From assembly GCA_963665665.1 (NCBI GenBank), contig OY762428.1, positions 2,432,001 to 2,496,000 on the forward strand: a stretch of 64,000 nt of DNA. Reading direction: 5' to 3'. The position numbers and the translations under genes were made by a program. The notes under the pieces were generated by a model. That model saw nothing but the letters and a program-made list of their open reading frames with translations, had not been told where the DNA came from and did not search any database. Source of the stretch: Candidatus Kapaibacterium sp. (GTDB taxonomy: Bacteria; Bacteroidota; Ignavibacteria; Kapaibacteriales; UBA2268). Of the stretch, positions 40,015 to 50,549 are shown piece by piece. Numbering within the stretch: position 1 is the first letter of the stretch; each line of letters begins with the position of its first letter.

Positions 40015-42237
40015 TTATTTCTTTTCATCTATCAGCATTTGAAGTTGTTCTTTAATCATTTCAATCTCTGATTTCATCTTCTCATTCTCCTGCCTTATCT
40101 CTTGATTTTCTGTTTCAAATTTATCGATTTGCTCTTTTAACTGTATAATATATATAGCCTGAGTTTCCACAGTTTCCCAAATCTGGTTTGTAAGGATGCC
40201 AAGGGGCAGTTTGCCGTATTTCTCCCATTCCTTGCGGCCTGTAATTGTGGGCAGGTGGCGGTTCTCGCGGGTAAAGTCTATCATCTCCTGAAGCGAGAGC
40301 ATACGGTAGTCTGCGTGTTTATCCATGTCGCATTCAAGTACGCTGCCGCCAAAGTACCAGTCGAAAACATAGTCGGTAAGCAATACGTTATCATCATAAA
40401 CTGCTTCGGCGTTTATTGATCCGTCGCCCAGGTTTCCGCCTCTGGGGCTGCCAACCACCAGGCTGTTCAATATGGCAGCATCCACGCTGACTGTGGCACT
40501 GCTTCCGCTTAGTGTTCCGCCAAGGCCGACATTATTTTGAAAATTAGCATTCCAGGCATTAAAACCGCCACAAACGTCCAGGTTATTGCCAATTTTAACG
40601 TTATCTGCTATATCCATATCTCCGGCTCCAATGCTACCGGCAGAAATGGCCGGCGATTGTAGGTGATTTATTTCATATACTGATAAACCGTATGTAAATT
40701 GAGAAGTTGAGAATATATATTTACCGCTGACAAACACCGAGGTTGGCCTGCTAAGGTTTTCATCATTATATCCTTTTGCAATGATATTATCAGGGTCACA
40801 TATATCAAAAATACATAATCGGCCATTTAGATAAGATGCCACGTAGGCATAATTGCCACTGACATACACGGATCGAGGGTAATCAAGATTTGCACTCGTG
40901 TATCCCTTTGCAATGATATTATCAGGGTCACTTATATCAAAAACACATAATCGGTCATTTTGAATAGATGCCACGTAGGCATAATTGCCACTGACATACA
41001 CGGATCGAGGGTAATCAAGATTTGCACTCGTGTATCCCTTTGCAATGATATTATCAGGGTCACTTATATCAAAAATGCATAATCGGTCATTATTCTCATT
41101 TACCACGTAAGCGTAGATGCCCTTTACGTATATACTTTTAGGCGAAGAAAGGTTGGTACTGATATTGTCTTTCCTAATAATATTACTCGGATTGCTTATA
41201 TCAAAAATTAGAAGTGGGATACTACCATAACTTGTTACGTAAGCATGGCTGCCACTTATAAAAACTGATGTGGCATGCCCGGTGGAACCTGTTGATCTGG
41301 AATCACATACAAATGGGTTGTCAGGGTTACTTATATCAACAATTTTCAGATATGTACCAACAATAACATAAGCATAATTACCACTCAGATGAACTGAATT
41401 TACACCTCCTCCGAGGCTTACAAAGCCCTTAGGAACAGGATTATCAGGATTGCTTATGTCAAAAATACATAAGCGATAATTGTTAAGGGTGATTACATAG
41501 GCATAGTTCTCTCTGATCCATACTGAGGATGGCCTGTCGAGGTTGGCAATTGTGTTTCCCCTTGCAAGAAGAGGATTTGTTGATTGAACTTCGATATCCA
41601 TTCCGGTAAATGATGCAGCTGCCGGAGTTGTCCCGCCAATATTGCCCGGGCTTGCCGGATCAAACGAACTCGCGTCAGCCCATGAAAGCGTTCCACTGCC
41701 GTCGGTTGTTAGAACCTGGCCGTTGCTTCCGTCGGCAGATGGGAATGAATATGCCCCGACTGTAAGGTTTGTAAATTTCCCAGTACCGGGGGTAGTTGTT
41801 CCAATATTTCCCGGTGCAGCCCATGTTTTGCCTTCAAGCGCTCCGGAAAAATATGAAAAAGGAACGGTTGTTAATCTTGTTCTGGCAAGGGTAGTTCCAT
41901 TAACGCTTACCTCCAGCCATGCCGAGCCTCCGGCAAAGACTGCGGATGTGAAAGCTTCGTCTGATCCGCTTCCCGTACCGAGAGTTACTGTATAAAGGCC
42001 GTAATCCACGTCAACTATTTTTGCCGCCGCTGAACCGGAGGGCCAGAGTTTAGTACCACCTGTTTCGGCGGAATATATGGCAAATGTCATCGGCATGGAT
42101 GAATTAGTAACGGGATTACCCGAAGCATCCAGGAGTTTCCCCTGGTAAGTTATCGTTGATGTCTGTGCCCAGCCGTTCAGGCTGATAAATAACGCTATTA
42201 ATGTTAAAATTAGGGGTTTCAAAACAATTCCTTTCAT
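40015..42237 (-). CDS. Secreted fibre-like protein, paralog of 37704..39911 with diverged LVIVD head
   Basis: First ~205 aa and C-terminal chaperone region nearly identical to the neighbour; central repeats differ. Confidence 0.8.
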   Translation of the reverse strand: MKGIVLKPLILTLIALFISLNGWAQTSTITYQGKLLDASGNPVTNSSMPMTFAIYSAETGGTKLWPSGSAAAKIVDVDYGLYTVTLGTGSGSDEAFTSAVFAGGSAWLEVSVNGTTLARTRLTTVPFSYFSGALEGKTWAAPGNIGTTTPGTGKFTNLTVGAYSFPSADGSNGQVLTTDGSGTLSWADASSFDPASPGNIGGTTPAAASFTGMDIEVQSTNPLLARGNTIANLDRPSSVWIRENYAYVITLNNYRLCIFDISNPDNPVPKGFVSLGGGVNSVHLSGNYAYVIVGTYLKIVDISNPDNPFVCDSRSTGSTGHATSVFISGSHAYVTSYGSIPLLIFDISNPSNIIRKDNISTNLSSPKSIYVKGIYAYVVNENNDRLCIFDISDPDNIIAKGYTSANLDYPRSVYVSGNYAYVASIQNDRLCVFDISDPDNIIAKGYTSANLDYPRSVYVSGNYAYVASYLNGRLCIFDICDPDNIIAKGYNDENLSRPTSVFVSGKYIFSTSQFTYGLSVYEINHLQSPAISAGSIGAGDMDIADNVKIGNNLDVCGGFNAWNANFQNNVGLGGTLSGSSATVSVDAAILNSLVVGSPRGGNLGDGSINAEAVYDDNVLLTDYVFDWYFGGSVLECDMDKHADYRMLSLQEMIDFTRENRHLPTITGRKEWEKYGKLPLGILTNQIWETVETQAIYIIQLKEQIDKFETENQEIRQENEKMKSEIEMIKEQLQMLIDEKK

Positions 42238-42423
42238 GATTAGTTTGTTTAGGTTTTTAAGTCAATTTCCAATTATTCTGATTTTTTACTTTATGTCATT
42301 CCCCGACAGGTCAGGGGCAGGCTTACGGAGCTTGCGACTGAAGAATCCATCTTTCTTATCAGATATTGTTGATGAATGAATCCTTCGCTGCGCTCAGGAT
42401 GACACTTTTCATTTATGTTCATT

Positions 42424-45180
42424 TTATCTCTTTTCATCTATCAGCTTTTGCAGTTTTTCTTCAAGTAACTGAAGCCGTGATTTTAATTCCTGGTTTTCAC
42501 TTTCCAATGTTTCTACTTTTTGAGACAGAGCTTTTACGCCGGCAAGTCCTATACCTGCCACATCGGCCCCGGACAGATAGCTTCTGCTGCGCGGGTTACT
42601 CAGGTCTCCCGTACCGAAAGTATCGTGGAAATCCTCGGAAAAGGGCCATATATGGAATTCATTAGTTCCCTTATAGAACCAACCCTTTAACCTGAGAGTT
42701 TTGATTTTATCCAATATCCCGAATACGTCAAGTTCTTTAAAGCGATCCTTGAATTTTATTGAAGATCCGTTTGTCCATGTACCTCCCGCGCTAAGATATG
42801 CTCCGTTTCCGTTGCTTCCGTCCGTTCCAATCTGGAAAATACCGTTATTGGCAGATTCCCGGTTTATGGTAAATGTGCCGGAGTTCGTTCCTGTATAAAA
42901 TGCCGTATGGTAATTATTCGCAACATCCACATCGTTCCCGAAGGCAAAGCAATAATTCCCGTCAATAGAATTATCTTTACCACCCGGAATAACTGAATAA
43001 TCCTGGCTGATAGTATTTGATTCGCCACCGCAAACCACCGAGAAGGATGCGCTGCTCATAGAATTTTCAATACCCCCGCAAATAACCGAAGCCTCGGATT
43101 CCTCGATTGTATGGAATCCGCCGCCACCGATAAAGGAGCCTATAGACTCATCATCAATTAAATTAAAAGACCCGCCTACTATAACAGCAACTGTTGAACC
43201 TAACATGTGCGGGCCTCCACCACCTACAAATGCACCGTCTCCGGCATTTAGAATGGATGCACCTCCGCCAATAAAGGAGTTCTCGCCATACGCGCCATTC
43301 CCTTCACCACCAACAACAACGGCCCCGATAGCATCAGCTTCATTATATACTCCGCCACCAACAAATGACCATGTATTACTGGAATAGTTCATTTCACCGC
43401 CGCCGATAGTTGCAAACCAGCCGTCGGTTTCATTGGAACCGCCACCCCCAATGAAGGAGTAATCACCATAGGCCCAATTGTATTCACCACCACAGATTGT
43501 TGTGAAGTCATCGCCGGCTTCCTGCCAGTATTCAGCGCTGCCGCCGCCAAGAATAGCCGCCCCGTGAATTGCATCGGAAAATGAATTTGAACTGCTGCCC
43601 ATTAATATATTCGGGCTGGTTGCGTCAGGTTCGAACCTTGCCACACGGTCGTCGTTTACTTTTACTTCAAGGGCATTATTATCTCCTGTGCCGATAAAAT
43701 GTGTTCCGGGAGTAGTTCCCAGGTTACCTGTCAGAGACCAGCCAGCCCCGGAAAAGGTTTGCCATGATACCGTACCGCTTCCGTTGGTAGTCAGTACCTG
43801 GCCGTTGGCCCCGTCAGAACCGGGCATTTGATAATCTCCGATATTAATACCGGTAAATGAAGCTCCGGCAGGAGTTGTCCCACCTACATCACCCGGAGTC
43901 GCCCATGTAACATCAAGTTCCGATCCGTCCCAATTTAATCCTGTGCCGTCTATCTGCGAACCTCGCTCGTCGTAAGCGGTTTTGCCTCTGTCGCCCCGGT
44001 AGGCTGTTGCATTTGTTTCACCGAGCGCCAGAGTAGTTTTATTGTTGAAAGTAGTCCAGTCACCTGAACTCAGATAACCGTCCGCACTACCCGAAGCTTC
44101 ACCAATAGTAATCTGAACGTTGCCTGTTGTCGGGCTTACCGTTAGCGGAGTAGTTCCCGATTCGGCAACTGATGTAACAGGAGCCGACGGAATAGCTGTC
44201 CATGAAACAACACCGCTTCCATTTGTTTGTAATACATAATTTGCCGTGCCGTCAAATTGAGGAAATGTATATGAAGATGTGGAAAGTTTTGTAAATGCAC
44301 CTTCCGCTGCTGTAGTAGTACCAATATTATCAGGAGTACCCCAGGTAACATTTAATTCCGATCCGTCCCAATTTAATCCGGTGCCATCTATCTGCGAGCC
44401 GCGCTCGTCGTAGGCAGCTTTGCCTCTGTCGCCCCGGTAGGCTGTTGCATTTGTTTCACCGAGCGCCAGCGTACTTTTATTATTGAATGTATTCCAGTCG
44501 GTTGAACTAAGGTAGCCGTCTGTTGTTCCGTTTGCCTGGCTTATTGTTATCTCTACATTTCCCGTAGTCGGGGTTACTGTCAGTGGAGTGGTTCCCGATT
44601 CGGCAACTGATGTAACAGGAGCTGAACCCGGACTCTGCCAGCTGACGTTTCCACTTCCGTCCGTAGTCAGTACCTGCCCGTTGCTGCCGTCCGATGCCGG
44701 GAATGAATATGTTCCCACAGTCAGGTTTGTAAATTTTCCGGTACTTGGTGTTGTTGCGCCGATTGCTCCCGGTTCGGCCCAGGTATTGCCGCCAAGCGAT
44801 GATGAATGATATGAGAATGGAACCGTGGTTAACCTGGTTCTTGCAAGGGTAGTTCCGTCCACATTAATTTCAAGCCATGCCTGCCCTCCTGCAAAAACTG
44901 ATGTCGTAAATGCTTCATCGCTTCCCGACCCTGTACCAAGAACAACGGTATAAAGGCCAAGGTCGACATTTACATTTTTAGACGCTACTGCCGTTGGCCA
45001 CAGTTTCGACCCTCCGCTCTGAGCGTTATAAATAGCGAATGTCATCGGCAGTGAAGAATTTGTTATCGGATCGCCTGTTGAATTAAGTAATTTACCCTGG
45101 TAGGTGATGGTGGAAGTCTGTGAATACAGTCCTGTTGATGCTAATAGAATGATCAGCATAATTATTGGGGAGTATCTCAT
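42424..45180 (-). CDS. Secreted tail-fibre-like protein with YQG domain, GGGxxN beta repeats and peptidase S74-like intramolecular chaperone
   Basis: TITYQGKLL; duplicated DGYLSSxDWxTFNNK; IGGGxxN repeats; GSSIKFKDRF...HIWPFSEDF + coiled coil. Confidence 0.8.
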   Translation of the reverse strand: MRYSPIIMLIILLASTGLYSQTSTITYQGKLLNSTGDPITNSSLPMTFAIYNAQSGGSKLWPTAVASKNVNVDLGLYTVVLGTGSGSDEAFTTSVFAGGQAWLEINVDGTTLARTRLTTVPFSYHSSSLGGNTWAEPGAIGATTPSTGKFTNLTVGTYSFPASDGSNGQVLTTDGSGNVSWQSPGSAPVTSVAESGTTPLTVTPTTGNVEITISQANGTTDGYLSSTDWNTFNNKSTLALGETNATAYRGDRGKAAYDERGSQIDGTGLNWDGSELNVTWGTPDNIGTTTAAEGAFTKLSTSSYTFPQFDGTANYVLQTNGSGVVSWTAIPSAPVTSVAESGTTPLTVSPTTGNVQITIGEASGSADGYLSSGDWTTFNNKTTLALGETNATAYRGDRGKTAYDERGSQIDGTGLNWDGSELDVTWATPGDVGGTTPAGASFTGINIGDYQMPGSDGANGQVLTTNGSGTVSWQTFSGAGWSLTGNLGTTPGTHFIGTGDNNALEVKVNDDRVARFEPDATSPNILMGSSSNSFSDAIHGAAILGGGSAEYWQEAGDDFTTICGGEYNWAYGDYSFIGGGGSNETDGWFATIGGGEMNYSSNTWSFVGGGVYNEADAIGAVVVGGEGNGAYGENSFIGGGASILNAGDGAFVGGGGPHMLGSTVAVIVGGSFNLIDDESIGSFIGGGGFHTIEESEASVICGGIENSMSSASFSVVCGGESNTISQDYSVIPGGKDNSIDGNYCFAFGNDVDVANNYHTAFYTGTNSGTFTINRESANNGIFQIGTDGSNGNGAYLSAGGTWTNGSSIKFKDRFKELDVFGILDKIKTLRLKGWFYKGTNEFHIWPFSEDFHDTFGTGDLSNPRSRSYLSGADVAGIGLAGVKALSQKVETLESENQELKSRLQLLEEKLQKLIDEKR

Positions 45181-45381
45181 TGTTTTTCCCTTATTTATTA
45201 AAATTTGCGTATCTACTACAAACTTAAAAATATTTTTTAATTATCATAATAATATTACAGGAATTTTATTCTATTTCACTAAAGAATTAATTTATTATCA
45301 ATTTTATTATTAAATATTCTGTTCGTAAATTTGAATCTTGTAAAAATTGGATAATAAAAAATTACTAATCAGGAAGAAATA

Positions 45382-46461
45382 ATGATAGATCCGGAGCACT
45401 TGACATTCAAACGCACAATCGTTCACTATATAATACCTAAAAGCGAAGACCAGGAACACGCAACAGCACATGTTGAAACAAAGATGATAAACCTTAACGA
45501 TGCTGTTGCAAGGATTATTCGCCGCAGGCTTACAAAGGCAATGGGTAAAAATTCCAAATCTTTCGAACTGGAAATAATTGATTACGATCATGATTCTTTC
45601 TTCGGGCTATGCCAACCACTCAAACATGCCGAAGACAATAAGTTTATTGAGAATTCCGGTTTGATTGCAGAACTTCTGGCAGGATGCCAGACCAGGAACA
45701 ACATTCCCGGCGGATACATGATTTTTATACAGGCTGAAAACAAAAACGAATCGGCTGTATATATAGTTATAAAAGCAGAACTTCAGGAAGCACTGCGCTA
45801 CGAGGAAGATACCCAGTCAAGACTGCTTGCACTGGATGACCTTATACTCAGCCCTTCTACAAAGTTATATAAAATCGGTATGATATACGAAAGAGACGAA
45901 CCCTCGAAATTATATCCTAATGACAAATTCGGATGTTTTCTCTTTGATGATCAGTTCACTCCTGATGCCAAACCGGCTGAATATTTCTATTCTGATTTTC
46001 TTGGTTACACGATTGAGTCAAATCCAAAAATTCAATCAAAACGATTTTATACTCATACGGAAAACTTTATTAAGAAAAGCGTGGATGATCCGGATATGAA
46101 AGGCGAATTGATGCACGTATTGAAACAGGAATTTGCCGAGCAGAACCACTTCGATGAAATTGCTCCCATGGATTTTGCCAATTCATATTTCCATGATCCT
46201 GAAGTAAAAGATCAGTATTCAGCGGAAGTAGTGCCTTATCTGCCTACAAATATTGTCCGCGATCCGTCTTTATTTAAAAGCAAACTTGAATGGAAGAAAC
46301 TTAACTTCCCGAATAAAGTAAATATTTCAGGGCCGGACAGAACCTTTGATTTCAGTGTGAAAGTAGTTGATTCCAACGAGGAACTGGATGAAATGAATGC
46401 TGAAGATCCAGGTTATACAATTTTGAAGATCAAAGGACGCCCCTTTGAAAGCGACAGTTAA
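45382..46461 (+). CDS. Nucleoid-associated protein (NdpA/YejK, NA37-like)
   Basis: KRTIVHYI N-terminus, IPGG, VIKAE, KLYKIG, AEYFYSDFLG motifs. Confidence 0.65.
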   Translation: MIDPEHLTFKRTIVHYIIPKSEDQEHATAHVETKMINLNDAVARIIRRRLTKAMGKNSKSFELEIIDYDHDSFFGLCQPLKHAEDNKFIENSGLIAELLAGCQTRNNIPGGYMIFIQAENKNESAVYIVIKAELQEALRYEEDTQSRLLALDDLILSPSTKLYKIGMIYERDEPSKLYPNDKFGCFLFDDQFTPDAKPAEYFYSDFLGYTIESNPKIQSKRFYTHTENFIKKSVDDPDMKGELMHVLKQEFAEQNHFDEIAPMDFANSYFHDPEVKDQYSAEVVPYLPTNIVRDPSLFKSKLEWKKLNFPNKVNISGPDRTFDFSVKVVDSNEELDEMNAEDPGYTILKIKGRPFESDS

Positions 46462-46489
46462 TAATTTTTTTTTTACAGCCGGATAAACA

Positions 46490-47233
46490 ATGGCAAAAAC
46501 TACTTATGATAAAGATTTCTATAAATCGCAGATGGATGGTTCCAGGCTGTCGGCATCAATTATACTTCCTATGGTATTCAATCTGATAAATCCCAAAAGC
46601 ATGGTTGATATCGGTTGCGGCCTCGGAACCTGGCTTTCAGCTGCAAGTGAACTTGGAATCAAAGATATACTCGGCGTTGACGGGGACTATATTGATAAAG
46701 ATATGCTGTATATACCTTCTGAAAAATTTAATTCCCACGACCTGAAAACAAAATTTTCATCCGACAGAAAATTCGATCTCGCCATATCTCTTGAAGTTGC
46801 CGAACATTTGCCTGATTCAGCGGCAGCAACAATTGTTGATACATTAACTTCTCTTTCCGATACGGTTTTATTTTCAGCCGCCATACCCGGACAGGGAGGT
46901 AATTATCATATAAATGAGCAGTGGCAGGACTACTGGATAGCTAAGTTTGAACAAAAGGGATATAACGCTATTGATTATATCCGGCCCAAAGTATGGGAGA
47001 ATCCCGATGTTGAATTCTGGTATGCCCAGAATAGTTTCATTTTTGCAAATGACAGATCGTTAGATAGAAATCCGGGATTGAAAGATGAAATGGAGAAATG
47101 TTCTAATTTCATTCCGCGGATTGTTCATCCGGAAATATTTGATAAGTTGTCGAATACCGATAATCTGGGATTAAAAGGATGGATGAAAGCATTCCCCGGA
47201 ATATTGAAGGCGTATGCCGGAAGAAAGTTCTAA
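46490..47233 (+). CDS. Class I SAM-dependent methyltransferase (polysaccharide-associated type)
   Basis: VDIGCGLG, SLEVAEHL, FSAAIPGQGG, HINEQ. Confidence 0.9.
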   Translation: MAKTTYDKDFYKSQMDGSRLSASIILPMVFNLINPKSMVDIGCGLGTWLSAASELGIKDILGVDGDYIDKDMLYIPSEKFNSHDLKTKFSSDRKFDLAISLEVAEHLPDSAAATIVDTLTSLSDTVLFSAAIPGQGGNYHINEQWQDYWIAKFEQKGYNAIDYIRPKVWENPDVEFWYAQNSFIFANDRSLDRNPGLKDEMEKCSNFIPRIVHPEIFDKLSNTDNLGLKGWMKAFPGILKAYAGRKF

Positions 47234-47280
47234 TCACAGCTTTCAATAAGGGCGGGGCTGCTTTTGAATTAAGAAAAGCT

Positions 47281-47575
47281 GTTATTCTGAGCATTGCAAA
47301 CAATCCATAACCCGCATGAATACTGGGTTCTTCACAACGCTTCAGAATGACAAATCGTAAATATTTTGAATTATCATACATCGTTATTCTCTTTGTTAAA
47401 ATTTTACCCAATACCATTTCATCCCCCTAAATTACTTTGTTACTATTCAGCTGAACTTTGAAAATCTGGAAAAATTGTATAAAGCGGTCATTCTGAGCGC
47501 CAGCGAAGAATCCATTCTTCAATAATTCTTTAAGAAAAAGATGGATTCTTCCCTCGCTGGCTCGGTCAGAATGAC
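47281..47575. repeat. Two GTCATTCTGAG...CAGAATGAC REP-like elements
   Basis: 47281-47351 (degenerate) and 47487-47575. Confidence 0.7.
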
Positions 47576-47699
47576 ATTTCTCTGTATTTTTCTTCAATAA
47601 CAGCAATATATTTTACCAACCTGAGTAGAAACATTACTTTTATTTCTCGGAAAATTATATTAGCTTTATTCTTTTTTGAAGATATTGAAGATAAAGAAT

Positions 47700-48824
47700 A
47701 TGAAAAGATGTGCAGTAATAATGGCTGGCGGTTCCGGTGAACGGTTCTGGCCGCTTTCAAGGAAGAAAAAACCAAAACAATTATTAAAACTGGCTTCGGC
47801 AGATAAAATGATGATTGAGGAATCAATTGACAGGATTTCCGGTATTATCGAGCCGGATGACATTTTTATTATTACAAGTTCACTTCTCCAGGAACCCATT
47901 CGGGAAAGTTTATCAATTCTTCCCCCGGAAAACATAGTTGCAGAACCATTCAAAAGGAATACTGCTCCCTGCCTGGCTTTGTCAGCTTCGGTTATTTCTG
48001 CAAAGTATTCAGATTTGAAATCAGATGAGATAAGTATTGCTGTCCTGACAGCTGACCAAAGTATTGCACCGATTGATGGCTTTAGAAAAACTGTAAATGC
48101 GGCCCTGGAATATGTTGAAAATAATCCCGTACTATGTACTATTGGTATTCCACCGGTAAGGCCGGAAACCGGATATGGCTACATACAGGCCGGCAGGCAG
48201 TTTAATCCGGATTCGGACAAAATTCAGATTAATCCGGCTGTTCGTTTCACAGAAAAACCAGATATTGAAACAGCTCAGAAATTTGTTGATTCAGGCGATT
48301 ATTTGTGGAACAGCGGAATGTTTTTCTGGCGTTTGGATACATTTATTGATAGTATGACGAAATGCCTTCCTGAAGTAGGAGGAAAGATAAACACCATGGC
48401 AGATAAATATTCAGCTAAAGATGACATGAACATTTCCGGCCCGCTCGTGGAAATTTCCGCTACATTCGAAGCTTTTCCAAATACATCAATAGATTACGGC
48501 TTAATGGAAAAAGCCGAAAATGTTGTTGTGGCGGCAGCAGCTTTTAATTGGGATGATATTGGTTCATGGGATTCACTTCCCAGAATCCGGGAAACTGACG
48601 AAAACAACAATGTGCTTTCGGGGAATACAGCTGTTTTCGACCTGAAAGATTCTGTGATAATAAATGAAGGCGGAAAAGATATCATGGTTTCCGCATTTGG
48701 TTTGGATAATATTGTTGTTGTTGTTACAGGCGATTCCGTTATGGTATGCCCTAAGGACAGGGTTCAGGAAGTGAAGAGATCAGTGGAAATTATCAGGGAT
48801 GCAAGCGGCGAGAAATGGCTTTAG
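47700..48824 (+). CDS. manC: Mannose-1-phosphate guanylyltransferase
   Basis: VIMAGGSGERFWPLSR, EPFKRNTAP, PETGYGYI, WNSGMF, SIDYG, WDDIGSW; ATG at 47700 preferred. Confidence 0.9.
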   Translation: MKRCAVIMAGGSGERFWPLSRKKKPKQLLKLASADKMMIEESIDRISGIIEPDDIFIITSSLLQEPIRESLSILPPENIVAEPFKRNTAPCLALSASVISAKYSDLKSDEISIAVLTADQSIAPIDGFRKTVNAALEYVENNPVLCTIGIPPVRPETGYGYIQAGRQFNPDSDKIQINPAVRFTEKPDIETAQKFVDSGDYLWNSGMFFWRLDTFIDSMTKCLPEVGGKINTMADKYSAKDDMNISGPLVEISATFEAFPNTSIDYGLMEKAENVVVAAAAFNWDDIGSWDSLPRIRETDENNNVLSGNTAVFDLKDSVIINEGGKDIMVSAFGLDNIVVVVTGDSVMVCPKDRVQEVKRSVEIIRDASGEKWL

Positions 48825-48918
48825 TGATATTTAAATAAGTTGGAATATGCTCTTTCGGTTATCTAAACCGAAAGAAATTGGATACGGGATGTCTCATTAT
48901 TCTGATTTTTGTGAATTT

Positions 48919-49009
48919 GTCATTCCCCGACAAGCCGAGGGCAGGCTGAACGAAGTGAAGAATCCAATATCCATGCGGGTTATAGATTCTTCGTTACGCT
49001 CAGAATGAC
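48919..49009. repeat. REP-like element with nested ccccgac...gggcaggc insert
   Basis: gtcattccccgacaagccgagggcaggctgaacgaagtgaagaatcc...cagaatgac. Confidence 0.7.
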
Positions 49010-49139
49010 ATATATCAGTGCTTTTGAAAAATGGGCATAGCATTTAGAAGTGGTCGAAAACTGTATCTGAATGATTAACACTGCGAAATTAAAACATTTA
49101 AGAAATATTAGAGTTACTAACATTAAATAACAAATAATT

Positions 49140-50477
49140 ATGAACTTTGAACTTGATCTATATCGGGGAATCTTTCTATTAATATCATTGTCAGCGCTCA
49201 TTCTTTTCCTTCTTTTTGCTATTAGCGGAATTAAAGAAAAACGATACAGGGCATTCGGAATAAGCAGTTTAATCACAGTATTAATTCTTTTTATATCTTT
49301 TTTACTATTTGTAAATGATCTGCCGGATATTCTTTTTATCGGAATTGATGTCTTTTCTGTGATTTTTGCAATGCTTTTCTTTCTGCCGATTGATCCATAC
49401 AGGCCGATTAATCAGGGCTGCCCCCTGGAAAAGGTTGACGAGCGTGACACTATGTTTGCAAGGGCAAAATACAATTCCGGAGCAGAAAATTATAATATTT
49501 ATTACAAATTGCGTCCCGATTTGAAAACTGTTGATGATAACATCCGCTCTATGCCGCCGCTTATGGGAGAAAAGAGCAAACTATACAACCCGGCAATTTC
49601 CCGCCAGGTTGATTCTATGTTCGAATTAGAAGGAAAGATGGTTGATTTTGTTGACGGCGATATTTCTGAAAATAAAGTTGAAGATATTGCAGAAAATTTT
49701 TCCAGGATAATCAAAGAATTCGCAAAGGCCCAGGGGGCCGGAGACGTCGGTATAGCCCTGTTGAACCAGGATTATGTTTATTCTCATGCAGGCAAAGGAC
49801 CGGAAGAATGGGGGAGCGAGATAAAATTAAATCACAAATATGCAATTGCCTATGTGCTGGAAATGGATTATAGCGAAATAGAAAAAGCACCTTATCCGGA
49901 AGTGACCCGCGAAACAGCAAAACAATACCTTCAGGCACAAAGGATATCAATATCAATTGCTAATTTTATTCGTGATCTTGGATATCCGGCAAGGGCTCAT
50001 ATATCAGGCTCCAATTACCAGGTAATGCTGCCGCCGGTTGCCGTTGATGCCGGCTTAGGCGAGATTGGCAGGCTGGGCTACCTTGTTTCTGATAAATACG
50101 GCCCCCGTTGTCGAATCGGGCTTGTAACGACTGATTTGCCTCTCGTTCCTGACGAACCTATCGACATAGGGGCCCGGCATTTCTGTGAATTGTGTAAAAA
50201 ATGTGCTTTAAACTGCCCTTCAGGTTCAATTCCACTGGGGGAAAGATCAGTGAGAAACGGAGTAACAAAGTGGCCTCTGGAAATTGAAAGCTGCTACAAA
50301 TACTGGCGAATAATCGGATCCGATTGTGCAATGTGCATGAAGGTATGCCCTTATTCACATCCTGATACATTTATTCACAAAGTTATTAAATATGCAATAT
50401 CTAAATCATATTTTGCAAGGATAGTATCAAATTTCGGAGATGACCTGTTTTACGGAAAAAAATTCAGAATATCGTAG
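49140..50477 (+). CDS. Reductive-dehalogenase-like cobalamin/2x[4Fe-4S] protein with N-terminal TM helices
   Basis: 3 hydrophobic N-terminal segments; DERDTMFAR; AVDAGLGEIGRLG; FCELCKKCALNCP and CAMCMKVCP. Confidence 0.75.
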   Translation: MNFELDLYRGIFLLISLSALILFLLFAISGIKEKRYRAFGISSLITVLILFISFLLFVNDLPDILFIGIDVFSVIFAMLFFLPIDPYRPINQGCPLEKVDERDTMFARAKYNSGAENYNIYYKLRPDLKTVDDNIRSMPPLMGEKSKLYNPAISRQVDSMFELEGKMVDFVDGDISENKVEDIAENFSRIIKEFAKAQGAGDVGIALLNQDYVYSHAGKGPEEWGSEIKLNHKYAIAYVLEMDYSEIEKAPYPEVTRETAKQYLQAQRISISIANFIRDLGYPARAHISGSNYQVMLPPVAVDAGLGEIGRLGYLVSDKYGPRCRIGLVTTDLPLVPDEPIDIGARHFCELCKKCALNCPSGSIPLGERSVRNGVTKWPLEIESCYKYWRIIGSDCAMCMKVCPYSHPDTFIHKVIKYAISKSYFARIVSNFGDDLFYGKKFRIS

Positions 50478-50549
50478 CTTATATGAAACCGAAGATTTAC
50501 GCTTCATGGTATCAATTTATACTGAGTATCTACAGCTTTTCCGGCTTTT

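Noticed and set aside
37850-42290. Diversity-generating retroelement TR/VR pair
   Set aside because: No reverse transcriptase in the window; both repeats lie in coding paralogs and differences are not visibly adenine-restricted
37704-45180. Prophage or tailocin
   Set aside because: Fibre-like genes have Sec signal peptides; no terminase, capsid, sheath, baseplate or integrase nearby
45382-46461. Anti-phage role for the nucleoid-associated protein
   Set aside because: Stand-alone gene with no partner or defence-island context visible
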